Counted from the first letter of the stretch, positions 48,534 to 61,696 are shown. The stretch is 64,000 nucleotides of DNA from Chitinophagales bacterium (GCA_044228435.1 JBGAUW010000007.1:158989-222988); one strand, 5' to 3'. The notes: a model not told the origin generated them from the sequence alone. Numbers and translations are program-made.

Positions 48534-49612
48534 TGCTGCTACTGAAATTCATATCCAAGCGTTTGCTAAACGGCCTGCTCGTAATGTTTGGGGTGGTAAT
48601 AGTTATTTTTTTGCTGTTCAACGTGCTGCCGGTTAACTCCGCCCGAATGACTTTGGGGCAAAGGGCCGATGTATCATCGGTAAAGGCGATAGAAAAAGAA
48701 TTCCGTTTAAACCTGCCCTGGTATCACAGGTTGTTACTTTACGTTAACGATATATCGCCGGTATCGCTAAACCAGTTGGAGAATGAAGATGCGCCTTCGC
48801 ACCTGAATGCGGATGAGGTTAAGTTTGTAAAGGTGTTGACAATAGGCCAAACCTCGTTGGTGCTTAAAGCGCCATACCTGGGCAAATCTTTTCAAACCCG
48901 CCGAAAGGTGAGCGAAGTGTTGGGCGAAAAAATATACCCCACCTTTGTGCTGGCTATTTCGGCCATGGCATTGGCATCGTTTATAGGAATTATATTGGGC
49001 GTGTTTGCTGCCATTAAACAATACACCGTTTGGGATAATGCCATACTGGTAATGAGCACTTTTGGTATTTCGCAGCCTGCTTACTTTTCGGGTATTATAC
49101 TGGCCATGGTGTTTGGTTATTATCTAAGCGACTGGACACACCTGAACGTGCGCGGCTCGCTTACCGATATGGATTATATGGGCGAAACCGTTACCATTTG
49201 GAAAAACCTTTGGCTACCTATGATAGCCCTTGGCGTGCGCCCTATTGCCATTATTACGCAACTTACCCGCAGCAGCATGCTTGATGTGCTAAGCCAGGAT
49301 TATATACGCACTGCTAAGGCTAAAGGATTAAGCTACTACCAGGTAGTATTTAAACATGCCCTGCGCAATGCTATGAACCCGGTGGTTACTTCTATTTCGG
49401 GTTGGCTGGCGGCTTTGCTTACCGGTGCCTTTTTTATTGAGAAGGTGTTTGATTACAAAGGCCTGGGCTTGCAAACTATCGAGTCTCTCCTCTCCTTCGA
49501 TTTTCCCGTAGTAATGGGCAGTGTGCTATTTGTAGCTTTTGTGTTTGTGGTAATGAACATATTTACCGATATACTTTACTCCGTGCTCGACCCACGGGTA
49601 ACGGTGAAATAA
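48533..49612 (+). CDS. Peptide ABC transporter permease (DppB/OppB-like)
   Basis: RSSMLDVLSQDYIRTAKAKGL (EAA loop), HALRNA and LDPRV. Confidence 0.9.
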   Translation: MLLLKFISKRLLNGLLVMFGVVIVIFLLFNVLPVNSARMTLGQRADVSSVKAIEKEFRLNLPWYHRLLLYVNDISPVSLNQLENEDAPSHLNADEVKFVKVLTIGQTSLVLKAPYLGKSFQTRRKVSEVLGEKIYPTFVLAISAMALASFIGIILGVFAAIKQYTVWDNAILVMSTFGISQPAYFSGIILAMVFGYYLSDWTHLNVRGSLTDMDYMGETVTIWKNLWLPMIALGVRPIAIITQLTRSSMLDVLSQDYIRTAKAKGLSYYQVVFKHALRNAMNPVVTSISGWLAALLTGAFFIEKVFDYKGLGLQTIESLLSFDFPVVMGSVLFVAFVFVVMNIFTDILYSVLDPRVTVK

Positions 49613-49641
49613 TTTCATATCTTTCCTTTTAAATAAACCAT

Positions 49642-50247
49642 ATGTTATTCAGGGTTCTGAAAATTTATGCAGTAGCGCTGTTTTTATCGGTGGCTCTGGA
49701 TGCCTGCAAATGTTCTGAGGAGGGGGAATATCAAAAAATATCAGCTATATCATTTAAAGCGTACAATACTTACAGTAGCGACTTTGAAGCCATTGTGGTT
49801 AAACGCGATACTTTATTTATGCAATTGCAGTTTACAACAGATTGTATAGCTAAAACACAAAGTGCCCCCATATCCGATTTTTTTGTTTCGCGGGCAATGG
49901 CCTTTTCAAAGCAATGTATATGCGGAAAAAAAGGCTATACAAATCCAGTTACGCAAGTAAAAATCTTCGCCGACTCGGCTTATGCGGGAAGACCAGCCGG
50001 TTCGGATATAACTGCGCTGGTTGGCGTTTTTAAGAATTACCAATCATCCACAACTATATTACCGGTAGATTCAATCTCCCGGAGTATAATGGAAGATTAT
50101 ACTGCCTATAACGGAAATGGGTTTAAGCATTTCGACCTGTTTTTAACCCAAAAACCAGGCGATTCTTTATTGCATACATTTACAATAAAAGTAACATCAC
50201 CCGATTCAGTAAGAACTTCAACCACTTTCCCGGTAAGATGGTATTAA
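49642..50247 (+). CDS. Hypothetical lipoprotein
   Basis: Lipobox-like LDA|C and an AGSDIT motif. No firm family. Confidence 0.65.
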   Translation: MLFRVLKIYAVALFLSVALDACKCSEEGEYQKISAISFKAYNTYSSDFEAIVVKRDTLFMQLQFTTDCIAKTQSAPISDFFVSRAMAFSKQCICGKKGYTNPVTQVKIFADSAYAGRPAGSDITALVGVFKNYQSSTTILPVDSISRSIMEDYTAYNGNGFKHFDLFLTQKPGDSLLHTFTIKVTSPDSVRTSTTFPVRWY

Positions 50248-50774
50248 TGAATAAATGCATTTTTTTAGTTGGCTTTATGGGCTCGGGCAAAACTACCTTT
50301 GGCAAAAAGCTGGCCACTAAACTTAAAGCAACCTTTGTTGATTTAGACGAAGCCGTAGTGGCTAAATACAATGCCGATAATGCCAATGCACCGGTTAACT
50401 CGCTTAAACAACTGATTGAAGAAAAAGGCTTTCCATTCTTTAGGGCTATTGAAAGCGAAACCCTGCGGCTGCAGGATACGGAAGGTAAGGTAATATCAAC
50501 CGGTGGCGGTGCCCCTGTTTATTTCGATAATATGGGCTGGATGAAAAGGCGTGGCACTGTTGTATTTTTAAATGTAGACGAGGGCGTGCTGCTTAGCCGC
50601 CTTAAAACCACCGACCTTGAAGAAAGGCCTTTATTGAAAGATTTGGATGAGGAGGGTTTAAAACTGTTTATACACGATAAGCTTACCGAGCGCTTACCTG
50701 TTTACCAGCAGGCGCATATACATTTCAATCCCGTTACGCAAAAAATGGAAGAGCTGGTTAGTGCATTGGCTTAA
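50247..50774 (+). CDS. aroK: Shikimate kinase
   Basis: Walker A GFMGSGKTT, DLD, FR..E, STGGG and RPLL. The start overlaps the upstream stop (TAATG). Confidence 0.93.
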   Translation: MNKCIFLVGFMGSGKTTFGKKLATKLKATFVDLDEAVVAKYNADNANAPVNSLKQLIEEKGFPFFRAIESETLRLQDTEGKVISTGGGAPVYFDNMGWMKRRGTVVFLNVDEGVLLSRLKTTDLEERPLLKDLDEEGLKLFIHDKLTERLPVYQQAHIHFNPVTQKMEELVSALA

Positions 50775-50785
50775 TAAAAGCACTA

Positions 50786-51268
50786 CTACACCGGTTCAAC
50801 CGGTATCCAAACTTCTTCTTCAGAATCGGGCTGGTTGTTTTTGTATTTATCGCCCAGTAGTTCAAAGTGCGGGCGGTTGGCAAGCACATAGCCCGAGGTG
50901 GGGAGCCATTCAGCAAAAATGTATTTAAACGTGCGCTCGCCTTCGCTGGCTGGCCCTTTATGGATAAACACAGCGTAGAGCCCTCCGGGAAGGGTAAAGG
51001 TTTCCATGCCTTCGGGCACGGTATTAAAGTCGGTTACTTCTACAGCAGCCCATTTTTCGAAGGTGGCGTTTATATCAAACTGTTTAAAGTTAAAGCCGGC
51101 AGGGTAAACCTGCATACTAAATAATTCTACCCCAACCGCCTTCGTTATTTCTTTTCGGCGCGGCATAAAGCTGCTCCAAAGCTTAAACGTAGTATTTTGC
51201 GCAACCGACATGGTTAGGCGCTGCCCAACCAGTTTAGTTTCGGGTAAGGTTTTAATTGTGCAGTCCAT
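50786..51268 (-). CDS. GyrI-like small-molecule-binding protein
   Basis: LW..FM, KWAAVEV, GGLYAVF.HKG, RPHFE and EEEVWIP. Confidence 0.88.
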   Translation of the reverse strand: MDCTIKTLPETKLVGQRLTMSVAQNTTFKLWSSFMPRRKEITKAVGVELFSMQVYPAGFNFKQFDINATFEKWAAVEVTDFNTVPEGMETFTLPGGLYAVFIHKGPASEGERTFKYIFAEWLPTSGYVLANRPHFELLGDKYKNNQPDSEEEVWIPVEPV

Positions 51269-51307
51269 AATTGTTTAATAAAGCTGTTACTGCGCAAACA
51301 TAAAAGC

Positions 51308-51343
51308 AAAAAGCCAATAACAGTTACCTGCTATTGGCTTTTT
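51308..51343. terminator. Terminator downstream of the collagen-like gene
   Basis: Stem AAAAAGCCAATA...TATTGGCTTTTT. Confidence 0.75.
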
Positions 51344-51383
51344 ACAAAGTTGTTTTAAAACTTATTTACTGGGTTGGTAGTGG

Positions 51384-54788
<3,405 letters not shown>

Positions 54789-54896
54789 GTTTTAATTTTA
54801 TGTGCCGTTAGTAAGATGTAGTGAAGAAAAAGAATTGTTAGGATAACTTAAAGCGATTAACAAGAAAAGTTTTGTAATCTGTTAATGTTGCTCCAT

Positions 54897-55685
54897 TTAC
54901 CTAACAGCCATTTTTCGAATCATTACCGAAAACAGCGAGGGGAATAAGCGCTTAACAGCTACGGCAAAACGCTCTTTAAACTTAGAAACCACTATCTCTT
55001 CGCGCTCGCTTTTAATAGCGCCGATAATCTGGTGGGCACATTCTTCGGCTGTTAAGCCATTGGCCGTTGCCTCATCCATACTGCCCAGTTTTTCGCCTGT
55101 GCCTGTAAGCGCATTTTTAGAAACATTGGTTTGTATAAACCCAGGGCAAACCAGCAGCACCTTTATATTATCGGCATACATCTCTGCCCTAAGTGAATCA
55201 AAAAAGCCATGTAGCGCATGCTTACTGGCTGCGTAGCTACTACGCCACGGTGAGCCAAATTTACCCACCGCACTGGTGATGGTTACTACCATTCCATCTT
55301 TTTGCTTTATAAATAGTGGCAATAAAAGCTTGGTAAGGGCTACGGTACCAAAGTAGTTTACCTCAAAAAGCTTGCGATCTACTTCAATGCTGGTTTCTTT
55401 GGCCAGCGAACGCTGGCTAACGCCACCGTTATTTATAAGCACATCTATGCGGCCAAATTTTTTGGTGGCTTCTTCTACTTTTAAAGGCAGGTTGGCAACA
55501 TCGGCTAAATCGAGCGGGAGGATAAAAGTGGGGGTTTGAATGGCCGCAGCCACGCGCTTTAATTCATCTTCGCGGCGGCTGGAAAGAATGAGGGTAGCTC
55601 CCTCTTTAGCTAAAGCATAAGCTAGTCCCTCTCCTATCCCCGATGAGGCACCTGTTAACCAAACAATTTTGTTTTTCAATTCCAT
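54897..55685 (-). CDS. SDR family oxidoreductase (DHRS7-like)
   Basis: TGASSGIG, NNGG, catalytic YAASK and CPG.I.T. True start is MELKNK at 55685. Confidence 0.92.
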   Translation of the reverse strand: MELKNKIVWLTGASSGIGEGLAYALAKEGATLILSSRREDELKRVAAAIQTPTFILPLDLADVANLPLKVEEATKKFGRIDVLINNGGVSQRSLAKETSIEVDRKLFEVNYFGTVALTKLLLPLFIKQKDGMVVTITSAVGKFGSPWRSSYAASKHALHGFFDSLRAEMYADNIKVLLVCPGFIQTNVSKNALTGTGEKLGSMDEATANGLTAEECAHQIIGAIKSEREEIVVSKFKERFAVAVKRLFPSLFSVMIRKMAVR

Positions 55686-55754
55686 TGCGTGAAAGTATTT
55701 AAAAAATACGTTTCCAATACTGAGCCTAGTCCATACTTGTTCGGTATATGAAAT

Positions 55755-55919
55755 AGGCGGCACCTCCGGTGCGCAGTTAAGGGGACTTGGTTTTTCTACA
55801 AACAGGCGACCACTACATGGTGTAATTGTAATTTTAAACTTCATTATGTTTTGCTCCGGAGGAGCCATCTGTTTGTAGAAATAAACAGAATAGGAATTTG
55901 CGCACCGGAAGTGCCGCCT
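55755..55919. repeat. Nested inverted-repeat REP cluster (REPIN-like)
   Basis: Outer IR AGGCGGCACCTCCGGTGCGCA (55755-55775) / TGCGCACCGGAAGTGCCGCCT (55899-55919). Inner IR TTTCTACAAACAG (55793-55805) / CTGTTTGTAGAAA (55869-55881). GCTCCGGAGGAGC palindrome within. Confidence 0.75.
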
Positions 55920-56030
55920 GTTAGAACAAACTATAAATTCAACTTTCTCTTTCGCACAATTATGGGCGTAGTCAAAGAGATGCTCTCGAAAATTCAGGAT
56001 GCGCTAACAGACATACTTCCTTGATGTAGC

Positions 56031-56657
56031 CTACTGCAACGAATAATCCTGCGTGGCCTTATAGTATCTCAGCCCGTCTTTATTGTTTGCCTCTAAAACT
56101 GCGGCACACCCCAAGTGCGAATAGCCCTTGCTAAGCATGGTTTTACGGTGCTCCGATGAATGCATAAAATCATCTACAATCTGCTCGGCAATTTGCCAAT
56201 AGGTTGTTTTGCCCGGCTGCATGTGGTTATAGTCTATATTCTCACCTTCGGCATTGGCGTTGGTGGTTCCAAATAAACGAATGCGGTCGTCGGGCCCTTT
56301 TAGCTTGGGTGTTTTGCCAAAGTGGCTAAAGAATTTTTTATCGACCATTTGCTGGCTATGCACAACGGCCGCATCGCGAAGCGGACCTGAGAAAGTAAGC
56401 TCTTTCTGCTTCTTTTCTGAACGCACTCTGTTGGTGGCAAAAAAAACGGCGGCGTTTAGTAAATGCAGGTCGTAGTTGTTTGGGTCTACCGCTTTGTTTA
56501 CATCGGGCAGGGTGCTAAAGCTTTTCCAGGTGTGTTCATCATACACCTTTTGTTTGTAATAGCTGTCCTTTTGATAAAGCGCTATTTCGTTCAAAAACTT
56601 CTCGCCATCGCCGCTGGCTACCAAAAGAAAAAGAGAGATTAAAAAGTATTTTGCCAT
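56031..56657 (-). CDS. CAP (SCP/Tpx-1/Ag5) domain protein
   Basis: TNRVR, AA..HS..M....FFSH, GENI and FM.S..HR..ML......GC. Confidence 0.88.
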   Translation of the reverse strand: MAKYFLISLFLLVASGDGEKFLNEIALYQKDSYYKQKVYDEHTWKSFSTLPDVNKAVDPNNYDLHLLNAAVFFATNRVRSEKKQKELTFSGPLRDAAVVHSQQMVDKKFFSHFGKTPKLKGPDDRIRLFGTTNANAEGENIDYNHMQPGKTTYWQIAEQIVDDFMHSSEHRKTMLSKGYSHLGCAAVLEANNKDGLRYYKATQDYSLQ

Positions 56658-56722
56658 AAAATTTAAACGCTACATTAGTTTATAAATTATAAAGTCAAAT
56701 CAAAAATAACATGCTGTAACAG

Positions 56723-56816
56723 TTTGAATTTTAAAAATTAAAAAGGCGATGTCATCCTGAGCAGAGTCGAAGGATTCTCAGAGGATATGGTTCGACTACG
56801 CTCACCATGACATTTT
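56723..56816 (+). repeat. Palindromic REP/MITE-like element, copy A
   Basis: ATGTCATCCTGAGCAGAGTCGAAGG...GGTTCGACTACGCTCACCATGACAT, self-complementary. An inverted homolog lies at 61583-61675. Confidence 0.8.
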
Positions 56817-56881
56817 GTTTTAAGCTTCCCAAAAATTCAACCTGTTACATCAATATCTTCATAACCATAAATAAAAGCATT

Positions 56882-57442
56882 ATGAACGAATCGATATACA
56901 CCAACATTGCCGCCATACAAAAAGAAATTGAGCAAAACCGTGCCAAAATATTGGAACTGAGAAAGCAGTTAGCCCCCGAACCGGTGGCCGATTATACCTT
57001 TAAAGACCGCAACGGCAAGGATGTAAAGCTTTCGGAACTGTTTGATGAGCGCGATGAGTTAACGGTCATTCACAACATGGGTAAAAAATGTAGCTACTGC
57101 ACCCTATGGGCCGATGGGATTAACGGATTTACCGAACAATACCAAAACCGGATGCCTTTTGTGCTGGTATCGCCGGATAGCCCGGAGGTGCAGCGCGAAA
57201 TTTCATCAAGCCGGGGCTGGCGTTTTAATATGGTTTCGGCGGCTGAAAATACATTTACGGCAGACCTTGGTTTTGAACCCAAGCCTAAAATGTATTACCC
57301 CGGTGTATCGGCATTAATTAGAAAAGACGGGCAAATATACCGCGTTAGCTACGACCAGTTTGGCCCCGGAGATGCTTATTGCTCCATCTGGCATTTGTTC
57401 GATTTGTTTCCGAAAAGGGATAATGAGTTTGAACCGAAGTAA
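56882..57442 (+). CDS. DUF899 family thioredoxin-like protein
   Basis: Y.F....G..V.LSELF, HNMG..CSYCTLWADG, PGVS and FGPGD..C..W. ATG at 56882. Confidence 0.88.
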   Translation: MNESIYTNIAAIQKEIEQNRAKILELRKQLAPEPVADYTFKDRNGKDVKLSELFDERDELTVIHNMGKKCSYCTLWADGINGFTEQYQNRMPFVLVSPDSPEVQREISSSRGWRFNMVSAAENTFTADLGFEPKPKMYYPGVSALIRKDGQIYRVSYDQFGPGDAYCSIWHLFDLFPKRDNEFEPK

Positions 57443-57593
57443 CAGTCAGCAGTCTTCAGTTGGCAGCCGGCAAGTAATGCAAATACAAGTTAGAAAGCTA
57501 AATATTGGTTCAAAAACCGCAAGCTTAACGAAGGTTTTAGCATGAGGAGTTTTTTATATTTATATACTACCGGTAATTTAAAACCCGCAATCA

Positions 57594-58388
57594 ATGTTTT
57601 TCAAGAAAGATATTTATAAAGCACTTAGACCAACTACTAACAGTTCATTTTCAGGAATGGCATTTAAGAAAATGTCCGATGTGAGCTATGATGATGCATT
57701 AATATATCCAAGATTTAAATTTTTCGATGCGGATAAACCCCACCGAGAAAATGGAATATTTGAAACATCGGATTACAAAAAAATATTGGAGATTATAGGG
57801 GATAGAACTTTATCGGTAGGCTCATTTTTTGGCTATAATAAAAGCAACTATGAAATAACAAGTATCAGCGTTGACATTTTAGATGTTGTAATAGACTATT
57901 CAAATGGGCACACTGATTATTATATTGGCAAAGCAATTCCCTTCCATCTTGAAATTTTAGTTATGGTCAAGAAAAAGGATTATTGGGACATAACACTAGA
58001 ATTTGCAAATAAATACAGCGAACTTAAGGATAAGGAAAATTTAACGGTATCAGAAAAATGGCAACTAATTACATATAAACATGAGGCAGAAAGATATTTT
58101 GAAGAAAGTCTGCCACATATTAAAGTCGGTGAAATTCAAGGCAACGTTGCTGTTGATATTTATAGAGCGTATGGAATTTTCAAATCTGATTGTAAAGAGC
58201 ATTTAGAAGCTATAACCCTTTTCGGTAAAGCTCTTGAAATTGACCCTTCAAATAGTGAATTGCATTTTTACATTGGATATGAATATGGAATGATAAACAA
58301 TGATGAGATGGGACTTAAATACTTAAAGAAAGCCGCAGATTTAGGTTCAAAAGAAGCCAGCGACTATATAGATAAAAACTATAGATAA
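57594..58388 (+). CDS. TPR-containing hypothetical protein (AT-rich, atypical codon usage)
   Basis: C-terminal EAITLFGKALEIDPSNSELHFYIG...LKKAADLG TPR/Sel1-like repeats. The N-terminal domain is unrecognised. Confidence 0.75.
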   Translation: MFFKKDIYKALRPTTNSSFSGMAFKKMSDVSYDDALIYPRFKFFDADKPHRENGIFETSDYKKILEIIGDRTLSVGSFFGYNKSNYEITSISVDILDVVIDYSNGHTDYYIGKAIPFHLEILVMVKKKDYWDITLEFANKYSELKDKENLTVSEKWQLITYKHEAERYFEESLPHIKVGEIQGNVAVDIYRAYGIFKSDCKEHLEAITLFGKALEIDPSNSELHFYIGYEYGMINNDEMGLKYLKKAADLGSKEASDYIDKNYR

Positions 58389-58443
58389 TAAGGATGTTAT
58401 GCGTCACATATACACCACCCTACTAACATCAAAATAATCGACG

Positions 58444-59505
58444 ATGCCAAATACAAAAGAAGATAGAATCAAGACGGTTTATGGTGGTGGTGGACACGTT
58501 GTAATATTGGGTGCCGGAGCAAGTATTGCTTCCACAATTAGAAACTCAGAACCTAATGGTAAACGACTGCCTTCAATGGACAATTTTATTGATGTTGTAG
58601 GACTATACGACATTGTTGAAAGCCTTCCCGAAAAGTTGAAAGCAACAAATTTTGAGCAACTTTACACCAACTTACATAACGACAATCCTTACTCAGATGA
58701 AATCATTGAAATTCAAAATCGAGTTTACGACTATTTCAAGGATATGAAATTGCCTGAGAACGAAGCAACCATTTATGACTTCTTAGTTCTCTCACTACGA
58801 CCTAGAGACCTAATAGCCACATTTAATTGGGACCCGTTTTTATATCAAGCATTTTGCCGAAACGGACACATTGCAGACATGCCGTATTTATCTTTTTTAC
58901 ACGGGTCGGTTTCGATTGGTTATAGTAAAGAGGATAAAAGATGTGGGCCCGTAGGTATGCAAATGAGGAGAGACGGTGGCTTGTTTGAACCAACTCCTCT
59001 TTTATATCCTGTTTCTCAGAAAAACTACACAGCAGACGAATTTATTAGTATGGAATGGGAAAGAGTAAAAGGATGGCTCCACGAAGACAGTACAAAACGT
59101 GTAACTGTCTTTGGGTATGGAGCTCCAGAAACCGATGTTGAGGCGATTAGCCTTATGAATATAGCTTGGGGAACTGCGAGCAGGAGAAAGATGGAGCAAT
59201 TTGAAATCATCGACATAAGACCAGAAGATGACGGAATAAAACGTTGGGTCAATTTTATTCATTCACATCATTACGACTATACTAATGACTATTTCAGTTC
59301 ATCACTTGCACTCAACCCAAGAAGGACATTTGAAAGTTATCATCAGCACAATCTCCCACTAACAATTGACGAAGCTTTTAGCGCATCAAATCCTGTTCCT
59401 GCAGACATAAAAAGTTTACAAGAACTTTGGGACTGGCATAAGCCATTGATTGACGCTGAAAACGAATGGAAGGAAGAGTGCAAGAGAAAGAATGATGAAG
59501 GATGA
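58444..59505 (+). CDS. SIR2-like (sirtuin-fold) protein, candidate NADase defence effector
   Basis: VVILGAGAS, LP, TFNWD, LHGS, and VTVFGYG...D in the order expected for SIR2_2-type domains. Confidence 0.7.
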   Translation: MPNTKEDRIKTVYGGGGHVVILGAGASIASTIRNSEPNGKRLPSMDNFIDVVGLYDIVESLPEKLKATNFEQLYTNLHNDNPYSDEIIEIQNRVYDYFKDMKLPENEATIYDFLVLSLRPRDLIATFNWDPFLYQAFCRNGHIADMPYLSFLHGSVSIGYSKEDKRCGPVGMQMRRDGGLFEPTPLLYPVSQKNYTADEFISMEWERVKGWLHEDSTKRVTVFGYGAPETDVEAISLMNIAWGTASRRKMEQFEIIDIRPEDDGIKRWVNFIHSHHYDYTNDYFSSSLALNPRRTFESYHQHNLPLTIDEAFSASNPVPADIKSLQELWDWHKPLIDAENEWKEECKRKNDEG

Positions 59506-59517
59506 GGCCGGTTGTTT

Positions 59518-61506
59518 CTACTTCATCACAAACCTTACCCCCGCAAAAGCCATAGCACCGCGCAACGGCCCCCAAATAAGCGAGGCGTCGAACTGGTCGC
59601 TAAAAGGTTGGTCGCCGGAGATGATGGGGTTCTTTTGGGTAAAGTTTAGCAGGTTTTCGCCGCCCACATACACCTCCCACTTTTTCCATTTAAAAGTTAC
59701 CTGGGCGTTTAGCTGAAAGAAATCTTTAGAGCGGAGGCTGCGCTGATTTGCGGGGTCGTTTATAGATGTAGATGGTATACGTGTTTTACCAAACCAGTTG
59801 AAGCCGGTATTAAATCGCCAGTGCTGATTCTTAGTAGTGTATTGCAAGGATACCAGGCCGCGGTGCTGGGGGCGCAGTGGAATTATTTTGCGGCCGCTTT
59901 TATAGTCGGTTTTAGTCTGCTCAAACTTATAAGCCAGCTTAACATCAAAGCGCTTGATTACCTCGTAACTTAAATCGGCCTGTATGGCATTGGCAAACGA
60001 TTTACCGGTAAGGTTATAAAACTGTAGCTGCCGGGTATCTTCTAAATCTACCACTACCTGGTTTATAAAATCGGTGCGGTAATAATCTACACTAATGGTT
60101 CCTTCGCGAAAGTTTAAAAAGAACTTGTAAACTAAACTGGCACCATAGTTCCAGGCTTGTTCGGCTTTAATGTTAGGGTCGATAGTAATAGAGCGGTTAT
60201 TAGCCAGCGAGCCAAAGTTTTCGGCAAACAAAGTAGGCACACGGTAGCCACGGCCCGCCGAAACCCGCAGGCTTAAATCGTAAAGTATATTCCATTTTAC
60301 GTTGATGCGCGGCGATACAAAAGTTCCGTTTTTATTGTGCTGGTCTACCCGCATACCGGTTACCAGCATCACCTTTTTAGCTTTACCGAAGTTAAAGCTG
60401 CCTTCGGTAAAGATACCCGGCACCAACTCTAAGCGGGTCCGGTTAAACGTATCGAATTTTTCGGTTACGTAATCGGCCTCCATGCTGGCGCCAATTTTAA
60501 GCACATCTTCATGGTCGTTCAGGTTATGCTGATAAATAAAGTTGAGATAGCCGAAGTGCTCCAGCGCATTATAATCCCGGCGGCCCACATAACCATTCTG
60601 CCCCTGGTAAGTGTATTTGTATTGTATGCCAATTGAGTTTTGAGCAGAAATATTAAACCCTGTTTTGGCAAAAATCTCTGCGCGGTTAGTGCGTAGCTTT
60701 ACACCCCAATCGTTCTGGGTAAGCCGGCTTTCGGCAGGTGTAAAGTGGATAGAGCCTCCCCTCCGCTCCTCTACCGTAGCACCAGCGCCTAAAATAAAGT
60801 TGAACTTTTTGCCGCTATTGTAAGATAACCGGTGAAACAGGTTTATGTTTTTCACCAACGGATTGTCTAAATAATGGTCGTGGTTCATGTCAATCTTTAG
60901 CAAGGATAGCTGACCATTGACCGATGAAAGCGTGCTCCACTTGTCGCTTATCTTGTGTGCACTGATAAGGTTCAACTCGGTACGCAAATCCTGGTTCATA
61001 AACAGGTTGGCATACAGGCGGTCGGTGTTTTGGGGTTTCTTTAGCTCTACATTAATTTGGCCCGTCATACTTTCGTAGCCATTTACTACGCTGCCTGCGC
61101 CCTTATTAACCTGTATAGAGTTCATTAGTGGCCCGGGTATATAAGTAAGGCCGAATGTGTTACCCAGCGAGCGGATACTTTGCACATTCTCTATCGAAAT
61201 TTGGGTATAAATGCCATCTACCCCTAGCATGCGTATCTCTTTAGCGCCTGAAACGGCGTCGGTAAAGTTTACATCAATAGTAGCGGTGTTTTCAAAGCTC
61301 TCGCTAAGGTTACAGCAGGCATCCTTCACCAAATCGTTGCTGTTTATCACCTCTACATTCATAGGGGTAAGTTCCAGCCGGGTAGCTTTTTTTGTGCCTA
61401 CTTCAACATCCTGTAGCTGCACTGGTTTACTTACCGTATCTGTAGTTTGTGCCTGCAGCCAAAAGCCAGAAATTAAAAAACCGAATGCGGTTAATACATA
61501 CTTCAT
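59518..61506 (-). CDS. TonB-dependent receptor with Cys-Cys plug motif (probably metal-related)
   Basis: Plug KDACCNLSESFE, KGAGSVVNGYES.TGQIN, beta-barrel strands and C-terminal ENLLNF.Q.NPI...WGP..G...F.G.RF. Confidence 0.92.
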   Translation of the reverse strand: MKYVLTAFGFLISGFWLQAQTTDTVSKPVQLQDVEVGTKKATRLELTPMNVEVINSNDLVKDACCNLSESFENTATIDVNFTDAVSGAKEIRMLGVDGIYTQISIENVQSIRSLGNTFGLTYIPGPLMNSIQVNKGAGSVVNGYESMTGQINVELKKPQNTDRLYANLFMNQDLRTELNLISAHKISDKWSTLSSVNGQLSLLKIDMNHDHYLDNPLVKNINLFHRLSYNSGKKFNFILGAGATVEERRGGSIHFTPAESRLTQNDWGVKLRTNRAEIFAKTGFNISAQNSIGIQYKYTYQGQNGYVGRRDYNALEHFGYLNFIYQHNLNDHEDVLKIGASMEADYVTEKFDTFNRTRLELVPGIFTEGSFNFGKAKKVMLVTGMRVDQHNKNGTFVSPRINVKWNILYDLSLRVSAGRGYRVPTLFAENFGSLANNRSITIDPNIKAEQAWNYGASLVYKFFLNFREGTISVDYYRTDFINQVVVDLEDTRQLQFYNLTGKSFANAIQADLSYEVIKRFDVKLAYKFEQTKTDYKSGRKIIPLRPQHRGLVSLQYTTKNQHWRFNTGFNWFGKTRIPSTSINDPANQRSLRSKDFFQLNAQVTFKWKKWEVYVGGENLLNFTQKNPIISGDQPFSDQFDASLIWGPLRGAMAFAGVRFVMK

Positions 61507-61582
61507 CTCTCATTCTTTAATTAAGAAAAACTTAAAAGCAAAAATGGTAGCGCATCAATTTTGAATTTGACAACTCTAAAGC

Positions 61583-61675
61583 CAAATGTCATGGTGAGCG
61601 GAGTCGAACCATATTGTCTAAGATATCCTTCGACTACGCTCAGGATGACATCGTCTTTTTGAATTTGAATTCAAA
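61583..61675 (-). repeat. Palindromic REP/MITE-like element, copy B (inverted relative to copy A)
   Basis: The reverse complement reads TTTGAATT..AAAAAGACGATGTCATCCTGAGCGTAGTCGAAGGAT...ATATGGTTCGACTCCGCTCACCATGACATTTG, matching 56723-56816. Confidence 0.8.
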
Positions 61676-61696
61676 ATATACGCTACAAAAGAGATT

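Noticed and set aside
55686-56881. N-terminal extensions of the SDR (to 55868) and DUF899 (from 56807) ORFs
   Set aside because: The extensions start inside REP-like palindromes, and family-typical starts lie at 55685 and 56882.
58389-58443. Integron attC site between the TPR and SIR2-like genes (GTTATGC at 58396)
   Set aside because: There is only a core-site-like heptamer, with no matching inverse core or attC hairpin after either gene and no integron integrase.
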